DNA of 64,000 bases from Candidatus Poribacteria bacterium (GTDB lineage: Bacteria; Poribacteria; WGA-4E; WGA-3G). The stretch covers positions 2,240,001 through 2,304,000 of the forward strand of contig CBDANF010000003.1 of the NCBI GenBank assembly GCA_965197475.1, written 5' to 3'. The notes under the pieces are model-generated. The model saw only the letters and a list, made by a program, of their open reading frames with translations. It was not told the origin of the DNA and searched no databases. Position numbers and translations under genes: made by a program. Below are positions 10,064-19,183 of this stretch, piece by piece (positions within the stretch are counted from its first letter, which is position 1; each line of letters opens with the position of its first letter).

Positions 10064-10539
10064 TACCATTTCTAAGTGATTATTGCATTAATTCGTCCGT
10101 TGGGTAGAGTTTGCGAAACCCATTATGTGTCAACTTAAGGAAATTAACCCTTATTTGTATGTATTTCAGCCCCTGCGGGGCGAAAGGTGTCCAGAAAACT
10201 CGTATAAAAAACTTCTTTAGCCCCTGCGGGGCGAAAGGTATATAAAAAACTCGTGATAACAATTTGATCTTGATGTGTGCACCAAAACAAGATACACCTT
10301 ATGCAGCATGCCATACGCGCATGCTGCCCGCTGGGGCTAAAGATTAGTAATCACACGCTACTATACACCTATCGTCCCGCTGGGACTAAAGACTCATACA
10401 TATATGTCCAATATATATTCTTAAGTTGACACATAAGGATAGAGCGACGCGAAACCCAACAACAGTGTGACAGAGTTGGGTTTCGCAAACTCTACCTAAC
10501 GGACAGGCTACTATGACAATTTGTCAATTAGATATGGTA
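10064..10539. mobile_element. Nested MITE/REP composite
   Basis: Outer TACCATTTCTAA...TTAGATATGGTA flanked by TTA/TTA; 28-bp IR at 10095-10122/10477-10504; 17-bp perfect IR at 10123-10139/10420-10436; internal AGCCCCTGCGGGGCGAAAGGT repeats. Confidence 0.8.
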
Positions 10540-10558
10540 TTACATTGAATTAATTCCA

Positions 10559-12361
10559 TTAACTCGCTTCAACCAACTTTTTCCATCGTGGCAGAAAACC
10601 CTCAGTTAAAAATCGGTCAAGGGACCAGATATTCTGTTGCGGTTCCTCTTCAAAAAAAGTTCCCATCGCCAATACGAGAGCATCTTTAAAACTATATTTT
10701 GTCTCAATTTGTGAGAGCATTTCATAAGTTTGGAGGAATGCAGTATGAATTCGTAGAAAGTTTAGCGCGGCAAAACTGAATGCGTTGAGTTTTAAAAAAC
10801 TATCTCCCGTTTTCTCCCAATACCATTCCGGTTGATAAAAACGGTCAAGCCGTTCCTTACAAAGCTGAACCGCTTTTTCAAGAACATCATCCAGTTCTTG
10901 GTGTTTTACCTCTCTATCTGGAATTTCAAGTTTTTCGCAAATCTCAGTATGTATCCGGTGTTTTGCTTCTTCGGAATCTACCCAAGTTTGGAACGCTTCA
11001 GATGCCCGTTCGAAACAGTTGCGGAGATCCGCAAGTGTCAAGTCAAGTTTGCTCGGAAAAGCCTTGAGCAACGAGGAACTTGGCAAAAGATGTGCTTGCT
11101 CTGGATGTAATTTTAAGAATTTATATTCTACGACATCTGCCAACATCTCTGCAAGGATAGGCGTAAAGGCAATGATAGAACGTTCATAAAGTTCGGCATC
11201 AATGAATTCTGTAAGTTTTTCAGTATCAAGATGAATCTCACCTGTACCTGTTTTGATGAATGCTTCAGCGAATGTCGTCTGTTCTCCCAAGACCGAAGCG
11301 GTTTCAGTTAGAGATAATGGTCGCTTAAAAAGTGATAATTCGGTATAAAGATCCTCAAAATCGAGTAAACTCTCCTGCCATTGATGTCCCCAAGTATCGT
11401 GGATCAGATATTTATCAAGTTCCTCTAACGGGAGAACACCAACCATTCGTGTGAGCGTTGTCGTAACCAATTCTACAGACAGTCCTGCGTCTTTTGCAAT
11501 TTGTTCTCGGAACGATAAGTCTAAATCTTCTGCATCAAAGATGCCAAACACAGGGAAGTGCGCAAACGGTTCTACCTGCCAAATTTTTCTGAGAAATTGG
11601 GCATACCCTACTTTCTTACCAGATTGTTTTTTAGCAACTCTATTTGTTATGTCGGATTTTTGTTCGTTCTGTGTTTCAATGTGAATTTCTTTCACCTCTG
11701 AAGGGAGACAGAAATAGAGTGCAGAGCAGGTTTTTATCAATTTTACTTCACCCACTTCAAAAGGCGCGCCCGGATATAAGTACTGAAATAGGCGGAGGAT
11801 GTCAGCGTCCAGTTTCGGGTTATCGGACACTAAATTAAAACGGGTCTGTAAACATCGCATAATTTGATGACGATGTTGGAGTGGGGCAGTCCGAATAGTG
11901 AGTTTTTTGTCCAGTTTATTTAACGCTTCAGAATTTATATGGAATATATTTTGGAGGTGCGCCTTCAGATACTCACGTTCTGATACCTCTGGTGGAGAAT
12001 CCGGTGTAAAACGTGTGAAAATTTTAGAACCAGCAGTGTCAAGGTTTTCAATATTGTGGTGATTGACAATTTCAGGGTATTGGTCAAGGGATAGCCAAAT
12101 CGCTTCAACAAAAATATTGTCCAAGACACTGGATGAGATATCTATTGTGCCATTTTGTATAGATGAACGGGAGACCTTGTCTGTTTCTACAACTAAAACG
12201 TTATGTAGATCGTAAAACTTTTCAAGCGTTTCAGTTGGAACTGTGCCACTCTTTTTTGTATCATTTATCTGCTTTACGTGTGTTTCAAAATCTTTCAAAC
12301 CTTCCAAAAGCACTTCGTAACTTTTTGGCGTATTATCCTGATGCCACGTGTTGATGTTCAC
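10559..12361 (-). CDS. Uncharacterised 600 aa protein with a zincin-like HDxxGH...ExxAD motif
   Basis: Long ORF with GAGGAGG RBS; contains LIHDTWGHQWQE and LAEMLAD. Confidence 0.7.
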   Translation of the reverse strand: MNINTWHQDNTPKSYEVLLEGLKDFETHVKQINDTKKSGTVPTETLEKFYDLHNVLVVETDKVSRSSIQNGTIDISSSVLDNIFVEAIWLSLDQYPEIVNHHNIENLDTAGSKIFTRFTPDSPPEVSEREYLKAHLQNIFHINSEALNKLDKKLTIRTAPLQHRHQIMRCLQTRFNLVSDNPKLDADILRLFQYLYPGAPFEVGEVKLIKTCSALYFCLPSEVKEIHIETQNEQKSDITNRVAKKQSGKKVGYAQFLRKIWQVEPFAHFPVFGIFDAEDLDLSFREQIAKDAGLSVELVTTTLTRMVGVLPLEELDKYLIHDTWGHQWQESLLDFEDLYTELSLFKRPLSLTETASVLGEQTTFAEAFIKTGTGEIHLDTEKLTEFIDAELYERSIIAFTPILAEMLADVVEYKFLKLHPEQAHLLPSSSLLKAFPSKLDLTLADLRNCFERASEAFQTWVDSEEAKHRIHTEICEKLEIPDREVKHQELDDVLEKAVQLCKERLDRFYQPEWYWEKTGDSFLKLNAFSFAALNFLRIHTAFLQTYEMLSQIETKYSFKDALVLAMGTFFEEEPQQNIWSLDRFLTEGFLPRWKKLVEAS

Positions 12362-12428
12362 ATTTTCCTCCTCTTTTCTCGTTTATCCTTGCGTAGGACG
12401 CGGGCATCTATGTCTCGCTATTATATAA

Positions 12429-12486
12429 TAGATTTTACAATTAACGACACACCTTCGATCAGCGCGCTCACAAAACGCACTTATCT
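12429..12486 (+). repeat. Dispersed ~60 bp repeat, copy 1
   Basis: ATTTTACAATTAACGAcAcACCTTcGATcaGCGCGCTcACAAAaCGCaC matches the reverse complement of 17533-17591. Confidence 0.7.
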
Positions 12487-12576
12487 GAAGGTGTGTACGT
12501 ATTTTAATGTTTCATCAAATAAGATCAATAATTAGCAAAGAGCCTGCGAACCGACATTGAATTGCAGTAAGCGAAT

Positions 12577-13413
12577 TTATAGCGGTAGTTCGGAATCACT
12601 TTTAGTTTCTTCCTCGGAGTCATCGGTTTTCGTCGGGGTATCAGTCTGTTGTGCGCCGAAGATAAGAGAATCAAATTCATCCGTAGCAGCAGTAGAACGT
12701 GCAGCGGCAAGAAATTCTTCCTCTTCAGCGCGTGAATCGGTACCTGCAAGTTCCTGAGCGACCTTTGATCGTCCCTTCGCTTTCTCTCGAATTTCTCGCA
12801 TCCTTGTCAATTCCGCTGAAGTACCATCCGTACTGATCCCAGATAGCATATCCGCGACATCTTCTTGCTCGCGTGCAGTAATAAGATCGGCAACTGCTTC
12901 AGATTGCTCAGTCTTAATCTTATCCAGATCACGATGAAGCCCTATCATCTGAAGTTTATGGGATTCAATGTCACCTTGCGAGCGTTCGATATCTTGTTCA
13001 AGTTCATCAATACGAGCGTTTTTCTCCTCCAAAGTGGAGTGAAAGTCATTGTATGAGGAAACACATCGGACGTATTCTGGATCCTGTTTGATCTCCTCGT
13101 CTGGTGTCCCAGCTTTTTGCAGTTCAGCGGCTGTACGTTGCGCCTTAGCAATTGCCCCTGCTTTCATCTGTTCAAGCTTGTCTATGTCGTTAGTCAATCC
13201 CTTAAGTGAATTCTTCTTCTGTTCAACAAGTGCAATGAGTTGCCCAATCGCATTTTTATAACGTTGGATATTCCCCTGCTTGTCGCGGATAATGTCTTCA
13301 TAATTTCCGCGAATAGCATTAGGGTCTTCCATCAGTTTATCAGCCTGCTCATGTGCACGGCCGGTTAGGTTGTACCAAATTGCTTTGAAAAAACGGGTAA
13401 TGCCGTTTGCCAT
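12577..13413 (-). CDS. PspA/IM30(Vipp1)-like protein, full-length paralogue
   Basis: N-terminal amphipathic helix GITRFFKAIW, DKLMEDP (PspA 'EDP' hinge), long helical hairpin, and C-terminal ELAG...EEEF...DEFDSL helix; AGGAGG RBS. Confidence 0.8.
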   Translation of the reverse strand: MANGITRFFKAIWYNLTGRAHEQADKLMEDPNAIRGNYEDIIRDKQGNIQRYKNAIGQLIALVEQKKNSLKGLTNDIDKLEQMKAGAIAKAQRTAAELQKAGTPDEEIKQDPEYVRCVSSYNDFHSTLEEKNARIDELEQDIERSQGDIESHKLQMIGLHRDLDKIKTEQSEAVADLITAREQEDVADMLSGISTDGTSAELTRMREIREKAKGRSKVAQELAGTDSRAEEEEFLAAARSTAATDEFDSLIFGAQQTDTPTKTDDSEEETKSDSELPL

Positions 13414-13494
13414 TGGAATTCCTCCTATGTGAGAAATTAAGTTTAATTCATATCATCCATCAAAATTTCATGAAAATTACGATATTGTAACAAG

Positions 13495-14253
13495 TTACGG
13501 TTTTCCGACCTTTGATCGTTCCATTGCTTTCTCCCGAATTTCTCGAATCCGCGCCAATTCCGCTGAAGTGTCATCCATACTAATACCTGATAGCATATTG
13601 TCAATATCCTTTTGCTCGCGTGCAGAAATCAGGTCGGCGACTGTTTCAGATTGCTCGGTCTTAATCCTATCCAGATCACGATGAAGCCTTGTTATCTGAA
13701 GTTTGTGAGATTCAATGTCGTTCTGCGCGCGTTCGATATCCTGCTCAAGTTTGGCGACACGGGCGTTTTTCTCCTCAAGGGTAGACTGAAAATCGTTATA
13801 AGAGGTAACACAGCGGACATAGTCTGGATGCTGTTTGATCTCCTCATCTGATATGCCGGCTTTTTGCAGTTCGTTGGCGGTGTCTTTTTTCTTATCAATT
13901 GCGCCTGCTTTCATCTGTTCAAGTTTGTCAATGCCATCTGTGACACCCTTAAGTGAACCCTTTTTCTGTTCAACAAGTGCAATAAGTTCCCCAATCACAT
14001 TTTTATAACGTTGGATATTCCCCTGTTTGTCGCGAATGATGTCTTCATAAGCACCGCGAACCGCTTCAGGATTTTCCATGAGTCTATCGTCCCACTCGTG
14101 GTGTTGGTTATTTCCCTGCTCTTCGCTGGAAATATCTTCATAAGCCTCGCGCACCACTTCAGGGTTTTCCATGAGTCTATCTGCCAGTTCAAGTGCCTGT
14201 CCGACTTGTGTATACCAGATAGCCTTGTATAAACGGGTAATGCCATTTACCAT
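13495..14253 (-). CDS. PspA/IM30-like protein, second paralogue (internal 31 aa duplication, shortened C-terminus)
   Basis: Collinear and highly similar to 12577-13413; ends at RSKVGKP; AGGAGG RBS. Confidence 0.8.
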   Translation of the reverse strand: MVNGITRLYKAIWYTQVGQALELADRLMENPEVVREAYEDISSEEQGNNQHHEWDDRLMENPEAVRGAYEDIIRDKQGNIQRYKNVIGELIALVEQKKGSLKGVTDGIDKLEQMKAGAIDKKKDTANELQKAGISDEEIKQHPDYVRCVTSYNDFQSTLEEKNARVAKLEQDIERAQNDIESHKLQITRLHRDLDRIKTEQSETVADLISAREQKDIDNMLSGISMDDTSAELARIREIREKAMERSKVGKP

Positions 14254-14408
14254 TGGAATTCCTCCTATGGGTGAGATTAAGTGATATTTATTTCATCCAT
14301 TTTGTATCATTCTAAAAATTTGTTTGAATTTTTCAGTTGCAAAAGTTTTAGACATCTTCACACGCTTTATATCGCAGAAATAGTCCAATAATTGCTAAAA
14401 GCAACTAA

Positions 14409-15281
14409 TTATTGGAGTTCCCTTTCTTCCGTGGACGTTGCCTTCGGATCTGCAGTCATAGTATGAACGTCTTCAACTGAGTGACTTGCTTGACGAATCT
14501 CGTGATCAGTGTTCGGGGTAAATTCCCGTATCTGTTCATCAACTTTCTTTGCAAAAGCGAGGCTTTCGTCAAGTTCTGTGCGAAGGCGTGAGAGCTCCGT
14601 CTCATTGCTTTCAGGACTGATTGTAAGCACACGGGCATAGAGATGTGAAAGCTGGATAATTGTTTGCTGAACGTCCGCTATCTGTTGTTCTCTATGTTGC
14701 TGTAGAACTCGTTTGACAGTTGCTAATTGTGAATCTTTTGATTTCTCGTGCATTTTCAACGTGTCTTTCAAACACTGCACTGCTTGTGTAAAGAGTTCAG
14801 AGACTTTACCGGTGATTTCAGCACTTACCGTAATAGGAAGGGTTGCCATCCAACCCGCGTCTCGTGCTTCCTCCTGAAAAGATTGGTGCAATGCCCGAAG
14901 TTCTTCCAGCATCTGTTCTGTTCTTTTGTCGCCATCCTTTTTCAATTGTTGGTGTAGTGCGTTCAGTTCTTCTTCCTGTTTTTGATGTGCTTCGTGAAGT
15001 ATCTCTTCATGAACGCGTTTAGTAATATCGTCTGTGCCGGTTGTCCACTTTGTAATTAGCGCACCAATAGGAAGACCAATGCCGATGACCGCACTTGCGA
15101 ATAGGTAGAGAATCTTCGGTTCTAAATTAAACACCCAGGACGCGAAAACGCCAAGTGCCCCCGCTGCAAATGGGTAAATGACGTAAGGATTGTTAATAAG
15201 ATGGAATAAGAATTTCTCCCGAAACAATTTCTTATCAATCAACGTTTTCACCAAATTGCATGTGCCATCATAAGCAGGCAA
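14409..15281 (-). CDS. Two-TM membrane protein with a cytoplasmic helical/coiled-coil domain; start uncertain
   Basis: Hydrophobic segments YVIYPFAAGALGVFASWVF and ILYLFASAVIGIGLPIGALI, followed by ~200 aa of charged helical sequence. Confidence 0.7.
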   Translation of the reverse strand: MPAYDGTCNLVKTLIDKKLFREKFLFHLINNPYVIYPFAAGALGVFASWVFNLEPKILYLFASAVIGIGLPIGALITKWTTGTDDITKRVHEEILHEAHQKQEEELNALHQQLKKDGDKRTEQMLEELRALHQSFQEEARDAGWMATLPITVSAEITGKVSELFTQAVQCLKDTLKMHEKSKDSQLATVKRVLQQHREQQIADVQQTIIQLSHLYARVLTISPESNETELSRLRTELDESLAFAKKVDEQIREFTPNTDHEIRQASHSVEDVHTMTADPKATSTEERELQ

Positions 15282-15527
15282 ACTGCCGTAGAGATAAGTC
15301 TGCTTGATGTTGAAGCAGTTTCACATCACTTTTCTAACAACTACTATCTATAGAATCCCTCACCTAATTTTAACATATCAATCAGCAGTTTGTAAAGAGA
15401 ATTAACAACAAATCTAATCCGCTTGTTTGATGTTATGCAAAGTATAGCAGAAGCACGTGAAAAAAGCAACTGAATACCTAAGTCCATTAAGGACATTTAG
15501 GTTTCAATCGTTAGACCAAAAATTCAG

Positions 15528-15556
15528 TTGATTTTGGCAAAGGGATGTGGTATCTT
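15528..15556 (+). promoter_or_regulatory. Putative sigma70 promoter for the DUF4268-patatin pair
   Basis: TTGATT-17 bp-TATCTT with extended -10 TG, about 50 bp before ATG 15606. Confidence 0.45.
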
Positions 15557-15605
15557 GATTAGAACATAAATACAGATATAAACTATCAAAAGGAGATAAT
15601 ACATA

Positions 15606-16577
15606 ATGTCTGAAGAACTTTCCCGCCTTGAAAAAGTTGAACTACGCGAAGTTTGGGATACTGAAGCACAGCATTTCACTCCGTGGTTGGCAAAGGAGAA
15701 AAACCTTACCCTCCTTAGTGAAACACTGGGAATGGAACTTGAACTCGAGGCACAAGAGAAAGACGTGGGTACCTTTCGTGCCGATATCTTATGTAAGGAT
15801 ACGGTTGATGATACTTGGGTATTAATTGAAAACCAATTGGGGCGGACAGATCATCGCCACCTCGGTCAAATTCTGACTTATGCTGCCGGTCTGGATGTCC
15901 ACACGATTATCTGGATAGCGCGAGAGTTTCGTAATGAGCATCGTGCTGCTTTGGACAAGTTAAATGAAATAACAGACGAACGTTTTCGGTACTTTGGGCT
16001 TGAAATTCAGGTTTGGCAAATTGAAAATTCTGCACGAGCACCACAATTCCGTATTGTCTCTAGCCCTAATAATTGGAGTAGAAATATGCAAAGTGCTGTA
16101 ACCAAAAATCCTTCTGAAAGACAACAGTACAAATATTGGACAAAATTCCAAGACTATATGATCCAAAATGGCAGTCAAATCAAACTACCTGAACCAAAGG
16201 CTAGTCGAAACTTTGAGATTAGGATTGAAACCGCTGGTACTCCAATAAGGGTATGGGTCAATAGGAATGAGTGTATTGGGGTTACGCTTAACATAGGACA
16301 CAAAAACGCAAAAACCTTTTTCCACTTATTGAAGGAACAACGTGATGAAATTGAGGATCAATTAGGTGAACCACTCGAATGGGAAGAAAAACCTAACCAG
16401 AATGATTCCAGGATAACCCTTAGAAAAGTTGACACAGATCCTGCAAACGAAACAGACTGGCATAATCAGCACGAATGGTTGGCATCAAAAGTGGAATTGT
16501 TTTATCAGATCTTCAAACCTCGTATTGATGAACTCAAAAATGCTGACTACCAACCTGAAGACGAGGAAGACGAATAA
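15606..16577 (+). CDS. DUF4268-domain protein with N-terminal PD-(D/E)XK (NucS-like) nuclease fold
   Basis: LREVW..EA..FTPWL, ADILC...VLIENQL..TDH.HLGQILTYAAG; C-terminal YWTKF...LEWEE...SRI. Confidence 0.8.
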   Translation: MSEELSRLEKVELREVWDTEAQHFTPWLAKEKNLTLLSETLGMELELEAQEKDVGTFRADILCKDTVDDTWVLIENQLGRTDHRHLGQILTYAAGLDVHTIIWIAREFRNEHRAALDKLNEITDERFRYFGLEIQVWQIENSARAPQFRIVSSPNNWSRNMQSAVTKNPSERQQYKYWTKFQDYMIQNGSQIKLPEPKASRNFEIRIETAGTPIRVWVNRNECIGVTLNIGHKNAKTFFHLLKEQRDEIEDQLGEPLEWEEKPNQNDSRITLRKVDTDPANETDWHNQHEWLASKVELFYQIFKPRIDELKNADYQPEDEEDE

Positions 16578-16582
16578 ACTCA

Positions 16583-17500
16583 ATGGACAATTCTGACTAT
16601 TTTCATATCCTCGCTTTAGATGGCGGTGGCACACGCGGCATCTATACTGCCCAACTCCTTACTCAAGTTGAACATGTTTTTGATGTGCGTATCAAAAACT
16701 GTTTTGATCTTATTGTTGGGACAAGCACTGGTGCTATTATTGCTGGTGCTGCTGTCTGCGATATTCCGATGGATGAAATCGTGGAACTCTTTGAAACGGA
16801 GGCACCGGATATATTTCGGAAAAGGTGGTATCGCAATCCGTTGTTTTTCAGCAAGTATTCAAACGAAAAACTCGCGCAGATTATCGCTAAACATATACCT
16901 GCCAAGTCCTTATCAGAAATATCAACCCCTTTGATGATAACAAGTTCTGAGATTACAAAGAGTGAGATGCACATTTTTAGATCCAATTACATAAAAAAAC
17001 TTGAGGAATCTGATTATTCAGACGGGGACGTTTGTTTGCGTGATGCGATCGTTGCCTCTTGTGCTGTACCTACTTTTTTCGCACCTAAACAGGTAAAAAG
17101 TCATCTGTTAGCAGATGGCGGTTTATGGGCAAACAATCCTTCCATTGCTGCCTATGCGGAAGCACTCACAAATTTCGGAAAAGAACCAACACAGGTTAAG
17201 ATTATATCAATCGGTACAGGACATTCCGCATCCATGTATCGTAATAAGCGAGGTTGGGGGTTTCTATCAGGATGGGGTGGCGTAAAGATAGTCTCTTACG
17301 TGATGACGTTGCAATCTCACACATCTGCAAACCTGGCGAGACTTCTACTAAAAGAAAACTATTTACGAATTGATCCGGCAATAGATTTTTGGGATTTGGA
17401 TACTATTAGACAGTTAGCAAATCTGCAGTCAATGGCATCGCGAGATTTTGCTGAACATGCTTCAGAAATTGAGGCGTTTATTCGTCCACAAATAAATTAA
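16583..17500 (+). CDS. Patatin-like phospholipase
   Basis: ILALDGGGTRG, nucleophile GTSTG, ASCAVPTFF, DGGLWANNP, ISIGTG. Confidence 0.9.
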   Translation: MDNSDYFHILALDGGGTRGIYTAQLLTQVEHVFDVRIKNCFDLIVGTSTGAIIAGAAVCDIPMDEIVELFETEAPDIFRKRWYRNPLFFSKYSNEKLAQIIAKHIPAKSLSEISTPLMITSSEITKSEMHIFRSNYIKKLEESDYSDGDVCLRDAIVASCAVPTFFAPKQVKSHLLADGGLWANNPSIAAYAEALTNFGKEPTQVKIISIGTGHSASMYRNKRGWGFLSGWGGVKIVSYVMTLQSHTSANLARLLLKENYLRIDPAIDFWDLDTIRQLANLQSMASRDFAEHASEIEAFIRPQIN

Positions 17501-17532
17501 ACTATGGTGAAATAGAAAATACATAGCATCTA

Positions 17533-17591
17533 CTGGTAGGCGCGCTTTGTAAGCGCGCCAATCAAAGGTATATCGTTAATTGTAAAATTTA
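17533..17591 (-). repeat. Dispersed ~60 bp repeat, copy 2, with GGCGCGCTT-TGT-AAGCGCGCC hairpin between convergent genes (possible terminator)
   Basis: Inverted homology to 12429-12486; perfect 9-bp stem. Confidence 0.7.
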
Positions 17592-17614
17592 CCAAAAAAG
17601 CAAATTCAGGGATA

Positions 17615-18706
17615 TTACAACTCAAGAAACTTTCTAACTGCTGCGGCAAACTGATCGGGACAATCGTCGAAGATAAAGTGCCCCGAAACCGAAGTTGTAT
17701 CGGCACAACCGATAGACACAAACCTTGCATTTGGAATAAACTCCTCGTATTCCCGACTACCATTCAAAGAAATATTGTCGTCATCCCCGTGTAAAATTAG
17801 GGTTAGTGCTGTGATGTTTGCAACAGCATCACGATAGTCCGGTGATTTGCCAGTACTGAAGTAAACAGCGAATGAACTCCATCCGCCAGGAGTAGGCGCA
17901 GTGGGAATAAGAGAGGCGTCGTATCCCATCCCAAATAAGAGATACGCACCTATTTGCGTCTGTAAATCCACAAGGTCGTCATCCGATTTTGAAAAAATAC
18001 CACCGAAATTGAAGTACTCCTTGACTAATGGGTCATATAAGTGGAGTTCATCTTCAGGAATTCTATCGCGGACTGCATCAAAGATATTGTTTTCCTTCTG
18101 TGGTGGCGTGAGCATCCCCGCGGGTGCAACGAGTATCAGTTTTTCAACCTGCTCTGGAAATTCTGCTGCATAAAGTGCAGCAATAAAACCGCCAAAGGAA
18201 TGTCCGATTAGAAGTAATTTATCTTCTTTGAGGATGCGGCGGATTCGCTCAATATCTGCAATCTGCGCGCCTATACCAAGCGTTTGCTCAAGTTCCGCTA
18301 CGTTTTTAGGATAGTTTTTTGACTCAAAACGTTCAATAGGTCTGGTTGAGTTACCCGCACCTCGTTGATGATAATAATAGAATGCGTACCTATCTTCCAA
18401 CGATTTTAATCCTTTCCATGCGTTTGCATAGGGAATCCCTGGACCGCCGTGAACAATTATGACAGGTCGCCCTTTTCCGTAAACCTCAAAATGTAGGGAT
18501 ATATCGGACTCAACCCGCCACACAGACGAATCGGTCTGCTCAGGTGGTTCCAACGGACCTCGTAAGTTTTCTGCCTTACTGACAGAACCGAACGTATAGA
18601 GAGGTTGACCCATCTGCCAAAACATATATACCGCAGCAATAGCCACTAATACAACGACGGTCCCAATTCCTATAAGCACAATTTTAAAAACTCTTTTCAT
18701 ATTCAT
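17615..18706 (-). CDS. Alpha/beta hydrolase (proline iminopeptidase-like) with N-terminal membrane anchor
   Basis: HGGPG, QRGAG.S, GHSFGG, HGDDD, SGHF. Confidence 0.85.
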   Translation of the reverse strand: MNMKRVFKIVLIGIGTVVVLVAIAAVYMFWQMGQPLYTFGSVSKAENLRGPLEPPEQTDSSVWRVESDISLHFEVYGKGRPVIIVHGGPGIPYANAWKGLKSLEDRYAFYYYHQRGAGNSTRPIERFESKNYPKNVAELEQTLGIGAQIADIERIRRILKEDKLLLIGHSFGGFIAALYAAEFPEQVEKLILVAPAGMLTPPQKENNIFDAVRDRIPEDELHLYDPLVKEYFNFGGIFSKSDDDLVDLQTQIGAYLLFGMGYDASLIPTAPTPGGWSSFAVYFSTGKSPDYRDAVANITALTLILHGDDDNISLNGSREYEEFIPNARFVSIGCADTTSVSGHFIFDDCPDQFAAAVRKFLEL

Positions 18707-18807
18707 TTCTCTTTATTCAAACTATAGGTATTTTAGAAAAATATACCCCTTATCCAAACCCACTTCAAAGAATTCAGATATAGGGTTATTATTGCAATAT
18801 AAGTTTC

Positions 18808-19176
18808 TCAGTAGCTAAATTCTATAAACTTACTCACCCATGCCCCTCCGAACCAACCGGTTAATGCAGCAATAATAGCAAGTCCAACATATAATAATAC
18901 GTTGAAATAGGGGTAGGTTCGTGGTAGTCCATTGGTAGTTTTGCGTCTTTCGCTGAAAGACACCAAAAATAGTATAGGTATCATATTAGCAACTAACACC
19001 ACGAAAAGGATGGACAATGGAATCCACGATTCCAGTAGACCCCAATCAAGGACCATAGACCAAATAAATGTTGAGAAACCGATAGCAAACAGTGAAAACC
19101 ACTTTATGGAAGACTGTGAAAAATATCTTCGAGTCTTGTTTGTACCGGTATAAAACAATTTGCTTTTACTTAGCAT
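18808..19176 (-). CDS. Hypothetical membrane protein (about 3 TM)
   Basis: Three hydrophobic segments; starts 7 bp after the dapA stop. Confidence 0.55.
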   Translation of the reverse strand: MLSKSKLFYTGTNKTRRYFSQSSIKWFSLFAIGFSTFIWSMVLDWGLLESWIPLSILFVVLVANMIPILFLVSFSERRKTTNGLPRTYPYFNVLLYVGLAIIAALTGWFGGAWVSKFIEFSY

Positions 19177-19183
19177 AGCGCAA

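Noticed and set aside
15282-15605. Sigma54 promoter for the PspA cluster, as in enterobacterial psp
   Set aside because: No correctly spaced GG-N10-GC consensus was spotted on the minus strand.
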